Origin: an uncultured Gemmatimonadales bacterium
GTDB taxonomy: Bacteria; Gemmatimonadota; Gemmatimonadetes; Gemmatimonadales; GWC2-71-9
DNA: 64,000 bases
Direction: 5' to 3'
NCBI GenBank assembly: GCA_963748815.1
Contig: CAVVKJ010000019.1
Span: 32,001 to 96,000, forward strand
Position 1 is the first letter of the stretch, and every line of letters starts with the position of its first letter. The position numbers were made by a program, and so were the translations under genes. This document shows positions 9,998 through 21,625 of the stretch, in pieces. Below the pieces are notes generated by a model. It searched no databases. It saw nothing but the letters and a program-made list of their open reading frames with translations, and had not been told where the DNA came from.

Positions 9998-11329
9998 CTA
10001 TCGGAGGTACCTCAACCACAAGTAGACATGCGCAATTCCCACGCTCAGGAGCATGAGCGGCAGGGCGCGCAGCGTGAACTTGCCGAACCGGAACGGTACG
10101 CCGGCCCGCTCGGCGAGGCCGGCCACGGTCAGGTTGGCGCTCGCCCCGATGAGCGTCCCGTTGCCGCCGAGGCAGGCGCCCAGCGCCAGCGCCCACCAGA
10201 CCGGGTGCAACCCGGCCGCCCCGCCAAACGCCGATTCGAGCCCCTTCACCAGCGGAATCATCGTGGCCACGAAGGGGATGTTGTCGAGCACCGCGGAGAG
10301 CAGCGCCGACATCCAGAGCACCGCGAGGACCGTCACCGTCGGGTCGCCCCCGGTGGCGGCGAGCAGTTTGTGGCCCAGAAGCTCGAGCAGCCCCGTTTTC
10401 GCCACCCCCTCGACCATCACGAACAGGCCGATGAAGAAGAAGAGCGTGATCCACTCCACCTCGCCGAAGCTGGTGTGCACGTGGTGGGTCTGCTCCTCGG
10501 CGGTGCGGTCGTGGACGTCGAGCAGCAGCAGCACCGCCGCGCCGAACATCGCGATGGTGCCGACCTCCAGGTGCGTATACCGGGCGGTCACGAACGCGGC
10601 GACGACCCCGGTCAGGACCAGGAGGACATGCCGGAGGAGCCGCGGGTTGGTGATCGATTCCCGTTCGTCCATGGCCAACACCCGGGCCCGGGCCTCGTCC
10701 GAGGCGCGCAGGCGGCGTCCCCATACCAGGTGGCCGATCGCGCCGTGCACCAGGACGATGATCACGACCACCGGGCCGAGGTTGAAGAGGAAGTCGTTGA
10801 AGGTGAAGCCGACGGCGGACCCGATCATGATGTTCGGCGGGTCGCCCACGAGGGTGGCGGTGCCGCCTACGTTGGAGGCCATGATCTCCGCGAAGAGGTA
10901 GGGCCAGGGGTCCACTTCCAGCTGCCGGGTGATGGCCAGTGTCACCGGGGCGACGAGCAGGACGGTCGTCACGTTGTCGAGCAGCGAAGAGAAGATGGCG
11001 GTGATGACCGCCAGGAGCGCCAGGATGGCGGCGGGCCGGGCACGGGCCAGCTTGACCGCGTGGATGGCCACGTACTCGAAGAGACCGGTGCGGCCGGCGA
11101 TGCCCACGATCAGCATCATGCCGGCGAGCAACATGATGGTGTTCCAGTCCACGCCGCGGATCGCCTCGTCCTGGCTGAGCACGCCGGTCACGATCACCAG
11201 GCAGGCGCCGATGCCCACCACGACGGCGCGATTCACCCGGTCGGCGATGATGGCGACGTAGGCAATGACGAGAAGGGCGGTGGCGACCCAGATGGGATTG
11301 AGGCCGAAGAGGAGGTGCGGAGACTCCAT
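9998..11329 (-). CDS. ArsB/NhaD (CitMHS/SLC13-like) transporter
   Basis: LDNVTTV, SNVGGTATLVGDPPNIMI, DNIPFVATM, GGNGTLIGASAN. Confidence 0.9.
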   Translation of the reverse strand: MESPHLLFGLNPIWVATALLVIAYVAIIADRVNRAVVVGIGACLVIVTGVLSQDEAIRGVDWNTIMLLAGMMLIVGIAGRTGLFEYVAIHAVKLARARPAAILALLAVITAIFSSLLDNVTTVLLVAPVTLAITRQLEVDPWPYLFAEIMASNVGGTATLVGDPPNIMIGSAVGFTFNDFLFNLGPVVVIIVLVHGAIGHLVWGRRLRASDEARARVLAMDERESITNPRLLRHVLLVLTGVVAAFVTARYTHLEVGTIAMFGAAVLLLLDVHDRTAEEQTHHVHTSFGEVEWITLFFFIGLFVMVEGVAKTGLLELLGHKLLAATGGDPTVTVLAVLWMSALLSAVLDNIPFVATMIPLVKGLESAFGGAAGLHPVWWALALGACLGGNGTLIGASANLTVAGLAERAGVPFRFGKFTLRALPLMLLSVGIAHVYLWLRYLR

Positions 11330-11439
11330 GGAGCTCGCCGGGAGGAGGAGGAGGGAAGATTACGGCAGGCTGAACGGTATGGCCAGCCGTGGCGAGAATC
11401 CCTATCTTGACCAAGTTGCTCCCCTAACCCCGAGCTCCT

Positions 11440-12315
11440 ATGCGCCGAGTCCTCCGGTGGCTCCGGTACACCGTCGCCATGCTGGTCGTCTTGCTGCTGC
11501 TCGCGGCGGCGACGCTGTACACCCTCTCCGAACGCATCCTGCGTCGCACCTACGACGAACCGCTGGTGGCCATCCCGATCCCCGCGGACTCGGGCTCCAT
11601 TGCCGAAGGGGGCCGTCTGGCGCTGATTCACGGCTGCCGCGGCTGCCACACTCCAGACCTCTCCGGCCAGTGGTTCGAGGACGATTTCCTGATCGCCCGG
11701 TTTGCCGCGCCGAGCCTCACCCTGGCGGCCCAGAAATACTCCGACGAGGAACTGGTCCGGATCATCCGGCGCGGCGTGCGCCCCGACGGTCGAAGCGTCT
11801 GGGCCATGTCGTCGGAGATGTTCGCTCCCCTCACGGACGCCGATCTCGGGAAGATCATCGCCTATGTGCGCAGCGTCTCACCGCCGGGTGGGCTGCCGCA
11901 GATGCTCAAGCCGGGCCCCCTGGGTCGCCTCGGGATCACCACCGGCGAGTTCATGCCCGCAGCCAGCCTGGTTCGCGTCACCGACTCGATCACCGCCTCG
12001 GGCTATTTCCCCAGCGGGGACGCGCCGAACGCCTTCGGCGCCTACCTGGCGAGGACCTCCTGTCCCGAATGCCATAACCTCGCGCTCCAGGGATATCCGG
12101 GTGACACCCCCGATCTCAGCATCGTGGCGGGCTACACGCCGGAACAGTTCGCCCACTTCTTCGCGACCGGCGAGGCGCTGGGCGGTCGGGAGCTCAAACT
12201 CATGAGCGAGATGGCCCGGAACCGCTTCAGCAACTTCACCGACGAGGAAGAGGCCGCGCTCTACTCCTACCTGGTGGCCCGGGCGGCCGCCATCCAGGGC
12301 GCTCCCGTTCCATGA
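11440..12315 (+). CDS. Membrane-anchored diheme c-type cytochrome
   Basis: N-terminal TM helix; CRGCH and CPECH heme-binding motifs. Confidence 0.85.
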   Translation: MRRVLRWLRYTVAMLVVLLLLAAATLYTLSERILRRTYDEPLVAIPIPADSGSIAEGGRLALIHGCRGCHTPDLSGQWFEDDFLIARFAAPSLTLAAQKYSDEELVRIIRRGVRPDGRSVWAMSSEMFAPLTDADLGKIIAYVRSVSPPGGLPQMLKPGPLGRLGITTGEFMPAASLVRVTDSITASGYFPSGDAPNAFGAYLARTSCPECHNLALQGYPGDTPDLSIVAGYTPEQFAHFFATGEALGGRELKLMSEMARNRFSNFTDEEEAALYSYLVARAAAIQGAPVP

Positions 12316-12737
12316 GGCTCGGTGCCGCCGCCTTCCTGGCCGGTGCCCTCTGGGGGCTGCTCGCCTGGGGACTCGGTGCCCGGGCGTACGGCCCGGGACT
12401 CTGGGGCGGTGTCGTGGCGGCCCCCTTCATCGGCGTCGCCGTTGCCGCCGGACTGCAGGCGCGCTTCGAGTACGCCTCCGGATGGCAGCGCTGGCTCACC
12501 GCCCTCGGCAGCCTCTACCTCGGGGCGACCCTCTTTGCCCTCGCGGTGGGAATCACCGGCGCCCTGACCGGCAGCCCGACCCGCAACCCGCTCGAAGTCG
12601 TCTGGGAAGCCGTGCTCGGCACCTGGTGGGGAGTCACGCTGACCGGATTCCTGATTGCCCTCTGGCCCCTGGCCTACCTGACCCATATCGTGTTGGGGTA
12701 CGCAGACGGCATCTCTCCCGACCGGAGGTCTTCGTGA
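12312..12737 (+). CDS. Hypothetical membrane protein
   Basis: About four hydrophobic segments; ATGA overlap with upstream gene. Confidence 0.6.
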   Translation: MRLGAAAFLAGALWGLLAWGLGARAYGPGLWGGVVAAPFIGVAVAAGLQARFEYASGWQRWLTALGSLYLGATLFALAVGITGALTGSPTRNPLEVVWEAVLGTWWGVTLTGFLIALWPLAYLTHIVLGYADGISPDRRSS

Positions 12738-12889
12738 GTCATTCCAACACCGCCGCCAAGGCCGGCATCGGGTTCGGCAGCGCGCTGGCCATCACCATCT
12801 CCTGGAGCGCCAACCACTCCATCCTCTGGGCCATCCTGCACGGACTCTTCAGCTGGTTCTACGTCGTCTACTACGCGATCCGCTACTGA
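12734..12889 (+). CDS. Small (51 aa) membrane protein
   Basis: GGAGG RBS, GTG start overlapping upstream stop; GIGFGSALAITISWSANHSILWAILHGLFSWFYVVYY. Confidence 0.7.
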   Translation: MSHSNTAAKAGIGFGSALAITISWSANHSILWAILHGLFSWFYVVYYAIRY

Positions 12890-12904
12890 CCATCGGAGGG
12901 GCGC

Positions 12905-13465
12905 ATGGCGAGGATGAAGACCTATCGGCTGGACCGGGTGTTCGTCGAGCGGGGCGAGGCGCATCCCGCGCAGTGGACCTTTGCCGGCACGTCGGTGAGC
13001 GGTACCGAGCAGTGGTACGGCGTCACCGACGGCAACTTCCCGGCGCGGAACAGCTGGGAGTTCGTGCTCCGGATTCCCAAGGCGGCGGGTGAGCGCATCG
13101 AGGTTCGGCCGAGAAGCACACCGAAGCTGAAGGTCTGGGAGGAGCTGACCGACCGGTCGCTCACCTTCATGCGGGCGACGATGCCCGCCGCGCGGGGCAA
13201 GCGGTACTGCCAGGTGGCGCTGGCCGACACCAAGGGCCAGAAGACCAAGGACGTGGTCCGCACCGACGAGCGGCACCTCCTGCCGAAGTGGTTCGACCTC
13301 ATCGGGCACCGGCTCCGCGCCAAGGAGAGTGTCCGGCGCACGCGAGGCACCGACGGGAAGGCGCTGGTGGCGCTGGTGCAGGATACCGACCACGAAATGA
13401 TGATCCGGTTATTCTTCGCGATGAAGGTGTGGGTGCTGAAGGAGAAATTCTCCCTCCCGGAGTGA
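12905..13465 (+). CDS. Hypothetical protein
   Basis: GGAGGGG RBS, GC3-biased codons, operon context. Confidence 0.65.
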   Translation: MARMKTYRLDRVFVERGEAHPAQWTFAGTSVSGTEQWYGVTDGNFPARNSWEFVLRIPKAAGERIEVRPRSTPKLKVWEELTDRSLTFMRATMPAARGKRYCQVALADTKGQKTKDVVRTDERHLLPKWFDLIGHRLRAKESVRRTRGTDGKALVALVQDTDHEMMIRLFFAMKVWVLKEKFSLPE

Positions 13466-13469
13466 CACC

Positions 13470-13985
13470 ATGGATCCGCTCTTCCTGCTGATGCGCCTGC
13501 TGCACGTGGTCCTGGGTGTCTTCTGGGTCGGCACGATCGTCTTCGCCGCGACCCTCATGCTGCCGAGCATCCGCGACGCCGGCCCCGACGGGGGCAAGGT
13601 CATGTTCGCCCTGCTGCGGCGGGGATATCTGACGATTCTCCCCATCGTGGCGTTGATAACCATTGTGTCCGGTCTCTGGCTGTACATGGCACTGATGAAG
13701 AATGCCGGGCCCGCCTGGGCCGGCTCGATGGCGGCGCGGGTCTACGGCGTAGGCGCGGTGGCCGCGCTGGTGGCCTTCGGGCTCGGTATCTTCATCATGC
13801 GCCCCAATGGGCTGAAAGTGCGCGCCATCATGGAGGCGCTGCCCACCACGCCCGAGGGACCTGCCCGAGCCGCGCTCATGGACAAGCTGGTCCTGCCGCG
13901 GCAAAAGACAGCCGCAATCGCGCCCTGGATCGCCGGGCTGCTCACGATCGCCGCGATCACGATGGCGGTCGCGCGCTACCTGTAA
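13470..13985 (+). CDS. Integral membrane protein (RLLHV..G.FW.G family)
   Basis: Four TM helices, conserved His in first helix. Confidence 0.7.
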   Translation: MDPLFLLMRLLHVVLGVFWVGTIVFAATLMLPSIRDAGPDGGKVMFALLRRGYLTILPIVALITIVSGLWLYMALMKNAGPAWAGSMAARVYGVGAVAALVAFGLGIFIMRPNGLKVRAIMEALPTTPEGPARAALMDKLVLPRQKTAAIAPWIAGLLTIAAITMAVARYL

Positions 13986-13990
13986 GGGCG

Positions 13991-14061
13991 TCCCCCCTCT
14001 CCACATGGTGGAGAGGGGGACAGGGGGTGAGGGACTCACGCGAAGTCGCGAAGCCGCGAAG
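13991..14061. repeat. Family B hairpin followed by CGCGAAGN octamer repeat (family C)
   Basis: CCCCCCTCTCC-ACATGGT-GGAGAGGGGG..GGGGTGAGG, then TCACGCGAAGTCGCGAAGCCGCGAAG. Confidence 0.75.
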
Positions 14062-14077
14062 TCATGGGAGGGAAAGT

Positions 14078-14506
14078 TTGACGAAGCGACTTCTGGGGAC
14101 GGTGCTCGGCCTGTTCATCCTCGCCACCGCCGGGTGCTCCAAGAGCACGCCCGAGGGGACCAGCCCGATGCTGTCTCCCGTGGGGACGGAATGGCGCTTG
14201 GTCGCCGTGGTGGGCGTGCCTGCCGGGACCGGCGCCAACGGCAAGCCCGCCACCCTCCTTCTTGAGGAGTTGAGTGGCCGCGCCAGCGGGTTTGCCGGCT
14301 GCAACACCTTTTCCGGCAGCTACACCCTGTCCGGATCCTCGATCGCCTTCGGACCGCTCGCCATGACCCGGATGGCCTGCGCGACGGGTGGCGAGCTCGA
14401 GTCCCGCTACGCCGGGGCGCTCGAGCAGGCCACCGAATGGAAGATGACGTCCCAGGGGTTGGAGCTGCGCAAGGGTTCCACCCTGCTGGCACGGTTCACG
14501 AAGTAA
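14078..14506 (+). CDS. META-domain (HslJ-like) lipoprotein
   Basis: Lipobox [25 protein letters not shown] start after GGAGGG. Confidence 0.85.
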   Translation: MTKRLLGTVLGLFILATAGCSKSTPEGTSPMLSPVGTEWRLVAVVGVPAGTGANGKPATLLLEELSGRASGFAGCNTFSGSYTLSGSSIAFGPLAMTRMACATGGELESRYAGALEQATEWKMTSQGLELRKGSTLLARFTK

Positions 14507-14538
14507 CTCACCGCACCGATCACGGTCTGGAGGTTGTT

Positions 14539-14994
14539 GTGGCCAAGTTCACCGTCAACGGCAAGGCGATCGATTCCGCTGCCGCACCCGACACCCCCCT
14601 GCTCTGGGTTCTCCGCGAGGACCTCGCACTCACCGGCACCAAGTTCGGCTGCGGCATCGGCCAGTGCGGCGCCTGCACCGTGCACGTGGACGGCGAGGCG
14701 GCCAGGTCGTGCCAGCTCCCCGTCTCCGCGGTGGAGGGGAAGTCCATCATGACCATCGAGGGCCTCTCCGACGACGGGACGCATCCGCTGCAGGTCGCGT
14801 GGATCGAGGAGCAGGTGCCGCAGTGCGGGTACTGCCAGTCGGGACAGATCATGGCAGCCGCCGCGCTCCTGGCCGACACGCCGAAACCCACCGACGCCGA
14901 CATCGACGCCGCCATGTCCGGCAACATCTGCCGCTGCGGCACCTACCAGCGCATCCGGAAAGCCGTCCACCGGGCGGCGGGAGGTGCCTCATGA
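14539..14994 (+). CDS. iorA: 2Fe-2S subunit, isoquinoline 1-oxidoreductase alpha-like
   Basis: [35 protein letters not shown]. Confidence 0.9.
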   Translation: MAKFTVNGKAIDSAAAPDTPLLWVLREDLALTGTKFGCGIGQCGACTVHVDGEAARSCQLPVSAVEGKSIMTIEGLSDDGTHPLQVAWIEEQVPQCGYCQSGQIMAAAALLADTPKPTDADIDAAMSGNICRCGTYQRIRKAVHRAAGGAS

Positions 14995-17123
14995 GCGCCA
15001 ACGACGTCTCACGCCGCGATTTCATGCGTGCCGGCATCGCGGCCGGCGCCGGCCTGACCCTGGCCATCTACCTCCCCGGCTGCTCGCCGCGTGCGCCGGT
15101 TGTCACCGGCCCGCCGTTCGTGCCCAACGCCTGGCTCAAGATCGGCACCGACGGCGTCGTCACGGTCGTGGTGGACAAGTCTGAAATGGGCCAGGGGGTG
15201 CTGACCTCCCTTCCGCAGATGATCATGGAGGAGCTCGACGGCGACTGGACCACCGTGAAAGTCGAGGAGGCGCCCGTCGGTCCGCAGTACGTCAACGCGG
15301 CCTTTGGAATGCAGGGCACCGGCGGCAGCACCAGCGTGCGGATCTCGATGCAGCCGCTCCGCGAGGCGGGCGCCAGGGCGCGCGCCATGCTCGTCGCCGC
15401 GGCGGCACAGCAGTGGGGCATTGACCCCTCCGCCTGCTCCACCGAGAACGGGTATGTGAAGGAGACGGGCAAGCGCCGGAAGCTGAGCTACGGCGAGCTC
15501 ACCGTGGCCGCCGCCGCCATGCCGGTGCCCGAGACCGTCACCCTCAAGGACCCGAAGGATTTCACGCTGATCGGGAAGTCGATCAGGCGGCTCGACCTGC
15601 AGAGCAAGGTGACCGGCACCGCCGGCTTCGGGATCGACGCCCACACGCCGGGGATGTTCGTGGCGGTGGTGGCCCGGACGCCGGTCCTCGGCGCCACAGC
15701 GACGGGGTTCAGCGCCGAGGCGGCGCTCGCCGTGCCGGGCGTCAAGCAGGTGGTACAGATCGCCTCCGGCGTGGCGGTCGTTGCCACCGGATACTGGGCC
15801 GCGATCAAGGGGCGCGAGGCGCTCCAGGTGACATGGAGCAAGAGCCCGATGGCGGGCGTCAGCAGCGCCACCCTCGCGGCGAAGTACAAGGCGCTCGCCT
15901 CCAAGCCCGGCGTCACCGCTCGGCACGACGGCGACCCCGCCGGCGCGCTCCGGCGCGCTGCAAAGGTGGTCGAGGCCACGTACACGGCACCGTACCTGGC
16001 CCATGCCTGCATGGAACCGATGAACTGCGCCGCTTCGGTGGAGGCCGACAAGGTCACCGTCTGGGCGCCGACCCAGTTCCAGTCGGGCGTCGAGATGATC
16101 GCCACCCAGTTCACCGGACTCCCGGCGAGCGCCGTCACGGTCCACACCACCTACCTCGGCGGTGGCTTCGGGCGGCGGTTCGAGCTCGACTTCGTGATCG
16201 ACGCGGTGCAGACCTCCCAGGCCGTCGGCGCGCCGGTCAAGGTCATCTGGCCGCGTGAGGACGACATCCGCCACGACTACTTCCGGCCCGCCACCTACAG
16301 CACGCTCACCGCGGGACTCGACGCGGGCAACCAGATGACCGCCTGGTCGCAGACGGTGGTCACCCCCTCGATCATGACCCGCTTCACGGCCGCCTTCGGC
16401 CCGCTCCCCAACGGGGTGGACGGGACGTCGGTGGAGGGCACGGCGGACGTCGCCTACGGCATCCCGAACTTCCACTGTGGTTGGGTGGACGCCGAGGTCG
16501 GCGTGCCGATCGGGTTCTGGCGCTCGGTCGGCCACTCACAGAACGGCTTCATCGCCGAGTGCTTCATGGATGAGGTAGCCCAGGCCGCGGGCGCGGATCC
16601 CTACGAGTTCCGCCGGAAGCACCTCGCCAACTCGCCCCGTAACCTTGGCGTGCTGGAACTGGCCGCCACCAAGGCGGGCTGGGGCACGCCGCTCCCGGCG
16701 GGCCGCGCGCGCGGCATCGCCATGGTCCACTCCTTCGGCAGTCACGCCGCCCAGGTGGCCGAGGTCTCGATCGAGGACGGCAAGGTGCGGGTGCACCGCG
16801 TCGTCTGCGCCATCGACTGCGGCGTGGTAGTCAATCCTGACATCATCGCGGCCCAGATGGAAAGCTCGGTCGTGTACGGGCTCACCGCCGCCCTCTACGG
16901 CAACATCACCCTCGAGAACGGCGCGGTGGTGCAGGGAAATTTCGACACCTATCCGGTGCTCCGCATCGACGAGATGCCGGTGGTCGAGGTGCATATCGTG
17001 CCGAGCACGGAGGCGCCGGGCGGCGTCGGGGAGCCGGGCACGCCGCCGATCGCGCCGGCGGTGGCCAACGCGCTCTTCGCGCTGACCGGGAAGCGGATCC
17101 GAACGCTGCCCATCGAGGTCTGA
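14991..17123 (+). CDS. iorB: Molybdopterin-binding oxidoreductase, IorB-like, Tat-exported
   Basis: SRRDFM Tat motif, [25 protein letters not shown]. Confidence 0.88.
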   Translation: MSANDVSRRDFMRAGIAAGAGLTLAIYLPGCSPRAPVVTGPPFVPNAWLKIGTDGVVTVVVDKSEMGQGVLTSLPQMIMEELDGDWTTVKVEEAPVGPQYVNAAFGMQGTGGSTSVRISMQPLREAGARARAMLVAAAAQQWGIDPSACSTENGYVKETGKRRKLSYGELTVAAAAMPVPETVTLKDPKDFTLIGKSIRRLDLQSKVTGTAGFGIDAHTPGMFVAVVARTPVLGATATGFSAEAALAVPGVKQVVQIASGVAVVATGYWAAIKGREALQVTWSKSPMAGVSSATLAAKYKALASKPGVTARHDGDPAGALRRAAKVVEATYTAPYLAHACMEPMNCAASVEADKVTVWAPTQFQSGVEMIATQFTGLPASAVTVHTTYLGGGFGRRFELDFVIDAVQTSQAVGAPVKVIWPREDDIRHDYFRPATYSTLTAGLDAGNQMTAWSQTVVTPSIMTRFTAAFGPLPNGVDGTSVEGTADVAYGIPNFHCGWVDAEVGVPIGFWRSVGHSQNGFIAECFMDEVAQAAGADPYEFRRKHLANSPRNLGVLELAATKAGWGTPLPAGRARGIAMVHSFGSHAAQVAEVSIEDGKVRVHRVVCAIDCGVVVNPDIIAAQMESSVVYGLTAALYGNITLENGAVVQGNFDTYPVLRIDEMPVVEVHIVPSTEAPGGVGEPGTPPIAPAVANALFALTGKRIRTLPIEV

Positions 17124-17220
17124 CACGCAGCCCTTCGCCGAGGACGACTCACGCAACCAGCCGGCCCGGTCCTTCCTGGACCGGCTGGTCCGCCGGTACG
17201 CACGGCCTGCGTACATCGTC

Positions 17221-17941
17221 GTGGTCCTCGGCGTCTACGCGATCGTGGCGAGTGCACTCGGGCTGGCGCTGACGCCGGCGGTGCTGGTGTGGCAGGGGGT
17301 GGCGGAATGGAGCGCCAGGCTGTCCATGATGGGGCAGGCGTTCGCCGTCGCCCTTGGGACGGCGGTGGCGTTCTTCGTCTTCGGCTTCGCCCTCCTCATC
17401 GTCATCCCCGTGTACAACCTGGTGCTCCCCACCCGGGTCCGGCCGTTCAAGGGCGGGCTACTACACCCTACAGGCGGCGCCCTGGCTGCTGCACAACGCG
17501 CTCTTCTACCTGGTGCGGTACACCTTCCTGCCGTTCGTCACCCTCACACCCTTCGGCATCTGGTTTCTCAAGGCCATGGGGATGAAGATCGGGCGACACG
17601 CCTTCATCAACACCGAGTACATTTCCGATCCACGCCTGCTCGAGATTGGAGAGGACGCCGCCCTGGGCGGCAGCGTGCGGATCTGCGCCCATTTCGGTGG
17701 TGGCGGGCACCTGACGGTGGCTCCGGTCATCATCGGCGCGCGCGCCACGCTGGGGCTCGCGGTGACCGTCATGGGCGACGTACAGGTGGGTGACGGCGCC
17801 ACGGTGCTGCCAAACTCTGTGCTCCTCCCCGGCTCGCGCGTCGGCGCGGGGGAAACGTGGGGTGGCGTACCGGCGCGCCGCATTACGCGCGAGGAGATGG
17901 AAGCCTTCAAGGAAGGAATTCACGGAGTGCAACACCGGTGA
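17221..17941 (+). CDS. Membrane-anchored hexapeptide-repeat acyltransferase-like protein (frameshift near 17455)
   Basis: TM N-terminus, then [33 protein letters not shown]. Confidence 0.7.
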
Positions 17942-18534
17942 CGACCATCGCACTCGCGCCTGAACTCGAAGTCCGCCTCGCCGCGCTCCGCGAGGCGGGC
18001 TGGGCGCTCTTCGACCAGTTCGACCACGACGTGCGCGATCACCGGTGGCATCCCTTCGTGGCCGCCAATTACGAATCGGTGCTCGAGGCGCTCATCGCGC
18101 AGCGAGCGCCGGGGCTGAAATTCCTGGAATGGGGGTCGGCTACCGGCGTCATCACCATCATGGCCGACCTGCTCGGGTACGAGGCGTACGGCATCGAACT
18201 CGACGGATCACTGGTGGACACGGCGCGCGCGCTCGCCGCGCGATTCGAATCGAAGGCAACGTTTGTCGCCGGCAGCTTCCTCCCCGAGGGATACGCCTGG
18301 AAACCGAAGGACGGCGACGGCCGGCTCGGCACTATCGGTCAGGGACGTTCCGGGTACCTGGAGCTGGGCAAGCCGCTGGACGAGTTCGACCTCGTCTTCG
18401 GATACCCCTGGGCCGGGGAGGAGGCGATGATGCACGACCTCATGCGGTGCTACGGCGGTCGCGACGCGCGGCTGATGATCCACGGAACCGACCGCGGCGT
18501 GGAGATCTATCGGGACGGCAAGAAACAGGGCTGA
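17938..18534 (+). CDS. Class I SAM-dependent methyltransferase
   Basis: FLEWGSATG, AYGIELD, FGYPW. Confidence 0.8.
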   Translation: MTTIALAPELEVRLAALREAGWALFDQFDHDVRDHRWHPFVAANYESVLEALIAQRAPGLKFLEWGSATGVITIMADLLGYEAYGIELDGSLVDTARALAARFESKATFVAGSFLPEGYAWKPKDGDGRLGTIGQGRSGYLELGKPLDEFDLVFGYPWAGEEAMMHDLMRCYGGRDARLMIHGTDRGVEIYRDGKKQG

Positions 18535-18617
18535 GAGGTGAGGACTGAGGACTGAGGGCTGAGATCACGATCGCGATCCAGCCTGGACTTCGCACCCCTG
18601 GACAGGAGGAGGCCGAA

Positions 18618-19106
18618 ATGTCGCGTCGCTCCGTCCCTCGATTCGCGGTGGTGGGGCTGTTTGCCGTGTTCGTTGCTGCCAGACAGTCTGCTGCGCAGGA
18701 AGGAGCGAGGTCCGCCCAGGCGGATTCGACCCATCGCGCCGCCGTGCTCGAGATGCTCCAGGTCATGAAAATTGGGGACGGGATCATGGAGATGATCGAG
18801 CTGTCCATGGCGGATACAACGGCCGGCGGGGGCATGGTCGAACCCCTTCGTTCGGCGTTTCTTGCGAAAGCCAGAGCGCGTCTGCCTGAACTGTTGCAAT
18901 CCCTCGTGCCGGGATTCGCCTCCAGGTTGACGCCGGACGACGTGCGGGAGATCACCGCGTTCTTCCGGTCGCCGAGTGGGGAACACTTGACCGCTGCTCG
19001 ATCGACGGCCGACCCCCAGATGGAGCAGGCGGTGGAACGCTGGGCGCTGAAGGTGGTCGGTGAGGTGATGATGGAGATGGGTGACGCACCCATCCCGGAG
19101 AAGTAA
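18618..19106 (+). CDS. Exported protein, DUF2059-like
   Basis: AGGAGG RBS, signal peptide, LTPDDVREITAFFRSPSG. Confidence 0.65.
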   Translation: MSRRSVPRFAVVGLFAVFVAARQSAAQEGARSAQADSTHRAAVLEMLQVMKIGDGIMEMIELSMADTTAGGGMVEPLRSAFLAKARARLPELLQSLVPGFASRLTPDDVREITAFFRSPSGEHLTAARSTADPQMEQAVERWALKVVGEVMMEMGDAPIPEK

Positions 19107-19172
19107 CGTCGCCGCACGAGGGTCCCACCGAAGTGGCCCGGAGTTGCTCCGGGCCGCTCACGGCGGGCGCCG

Positions 19173-20272
19173 CTACTGCCGGACCGCCTTCCCCCGCACA
19201 TCCCGCCGGTGCCGACGTTCGGTCCCTCCTGGAAGACGTAGTTCGACACCTGGGAAATCAGGTTCCCGTTGGCCGAGAGCTCCCAGGTGAAGTCTTCGCG
19301 GTAGGTGCTGCCCGGGGGGCCGGCAATGAAGTAGCCGCGCGCCTTGTGGGGGCTCCCCGCGATCACCGTCGCCGTGTAGTTGGCGATGTCGCCGGATCCC
19401 GGCGGATCCTCGTCTGCGATCGAGATGGTGCTGCCGCTCACTGTCAGCGTGTGCTTCGCCTGGCCGTACTCCACCGGGAGGCAGGCCCAGTTCTGCACGA
19501 AGACGCCGACCCAGTCGCCCGCCTTGCCGGTCCCTGCGCAGGGAAAGGTGATCTCGCTGTTCGGCAGGTCGGTCGCGGTCCCGCCGTTGTCGGTATAGGT
19601 GGCGCCGGTGACGGTGACCGTCGCGCTGTTGGACCGGAATTGCCAGACGGATTCGAGCGTGCCCTGGGTGCCCTGGATCTCGAAGAGCGCGTCGCCGTGG
19701 AGGCTGTACCCGCAGATGTTGGCCACGGCGTTCGCCGTGCCGTCGGCGGGCTTGAGGAGCAGCGGGCTCCCGAGCGGGACGGTCAGCGTCGTCATGTTGC
19801 CCGTCACCCCTTCGACGAAGGTGCCGGACCCGGTGGCCTCCCGTCCCACCGCGGTTCGGACAAAGTCCATTTCTCCCGCGAAGTTGCCGAGCCCGCCGGC
19901 GGTGGTGAGCGTCATGTCGACGTGCCCCGCAAAGCCGGGCGCCGCATCGGCGGGGTCACCATTGAAGGCGGCGGTGCCCGCCACGGTGGTTTCGGTGGAG
20001 CCGTTGCCGTCGCCGTCGAGCGGGGCCGAGAAGGTGTAGGTGTTCGGCGCCCCGGTGGGGGTAAACACGAAGCCACCGGACCCGGCTGATCCGGGATTGA
20101 GCATGAAGGGGATCACGGCCTCGAAATTCGCCATCCGGGTGACGAGCAGCGTCGCCCCGGTCTTCGCGTACGCGGCCAGTGCCGCGGACGGCGTGGTGAC
20201 CGGGTTCGGTTCGGAGTCGGAGCTGCACGACACGAAGGACAGGACCAGCAGGCTGGCGAGCAGACGGCGCAC
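19173..20272 (-). CDS. Putative lipoprotein (beta-rich); real stop probably at 19173 after a frameshift
   Basis: Signal with FVSC lipobox; Gly/Thr-rich; ORF read-through beyond ~19190 would overlap the 18618 gene. Confidence 0.6.
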
Positions 20273-20323
20273 GAGGCCTCCTCAGGGGGGGACACCGGCA
20301 GACGGCGGGCGACGAAGGGCGAT

Positions 20324-20352
20324 ACCTTACAGGCCGGGACAGGGGGAGTCAA
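20324..20352 (-). promoter_or_regulatory. Sigma70-type promoter
   Basis: TTGACT-17 bp-TAAGGT upstream of the lipoprotein gene. Confidence 0.55.
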
Positions 20353-20501
20353 TAGGAGATCCCGGACCCGAGCGCCTGTACCCACGACCGGATGTGCGGG
20401 CGGCTCGATGCCTATCCAATCCTGCGCCATGGTGCAGATTACGGGAACGTAGAATGAGGGAGTCACCCTGATTCAGCTCTAACCAACCCGAGGTCGTCGC
20501 C

Positions 20502-21607
20502 ATGGGTCCGCTGCTGAAGGAAATCCGCCACAACAAGCTGCTCTGGCTGCTGGTGTTCGTGCCGGTGCTGTTCGGCGCCACGCGAGTGCAGGCCCGAGGC
20601 GCACACCATGTTGTTCGTGCTCTCGGTGCTGGCCATCGTGCCGCTGGCGGCGCTCCTGAGCCACGCCACCGAGTCGGTCGCCGCCAAGACCGGCGACGCA
20701 GTCGGCGGCTTGCTGAATGCCACGCTCGGCAACCTCACCGAACTGGTCATCGCGCTGGCCGCGCTCCGCGCCGGCCAGTACGCCCTCGTCAAGGCGTCGA
20801 TCGCCGGGGCCATCGTCACCAACACCCTCTTCATGCTGGGCGGCTCGTTCCTGCTCGGCGGGCTCAAGCACCACGTGCAGGAGTACAACCGCGCCGGCGC
20901 GCGCCTGCAGGCCGGCCTCCTCTTCCTGGCCACGGTCGCGCTGTTCGTCCCCTCGGCGGTCGCCGATGTCGACTCCCCGGCGGGGCGGCCTTCAGCCGGC
21001 AACTCAGCCTCGGGCTGGCGGTGCTGCTCATCGTGACCTACGGCCTCGGGCTGGTCTTCTCGCTCAAGACCCACCGCAAGTTCTTCGGCGAGCGCAAAGA
21101 AGGAGGGGGAGGAGGAGGCGCACGAGGAGACGCTGGCCGATCGGGGTGGCGCTGGCCACGCTGGCCGGCGTCACGGTGCTGGTGGCGCTGGTGAGCGAGG
21201 TCTTCGTCGAGTCGGTCCAGGAGGCGGCGGTGACGTTCGGCATGACCCCGGCCTTCGTCGGGTTCATCATCGTGGCGCTGGTCGGCGGCGCCGCGGAGAT
21301 GGCGTCGGCCTTTTCCGCGGCGCGCAAGGACCGCCTGGACCTGAGCGTCGGCATTGCGATGGGGAGCGCGGCGCAGATCGCGCTGTTCGTGGCCCCGGTG
21401 CTCGTCCTGCTCAGCTACGTGATCGGCCCGACGCCGATGGACCTGCAGTTCTGGCCGGGAGCGGTGGTGATGGTCTTCTTCGCCATGCTGGCCACGACGC
21501 TGGTGACGAACAGCGGCCGGTCGGCGTGGTTCGTCGGCGCCCTGCTGCTGATGGTGTACGCCATCCTGGGGATGACCCTCTACCTCCTGCCACCCCAAGT
21601 GATGTGA
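20502..21607 (+). CDS. Ca2+/H+ antiporter (CAX/ChaA family), several frameshifts
   Basis: GGLLNATLGNLTEL, ASIAGAIVTN, VGGAAE, GSAAQIALFVAP spread over three frames. Confidence 0.85.
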
Positions 21608-21625
21608 TCGATGAGACTCCCGCCA

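Noticed and set aside
18440..19172. C-terminal extension of the 610-aa minus-strand ORF
   Set aside because: Overlaps two better-supported plus-strand genes; one indel near 19190 gives a natural stop at 19173
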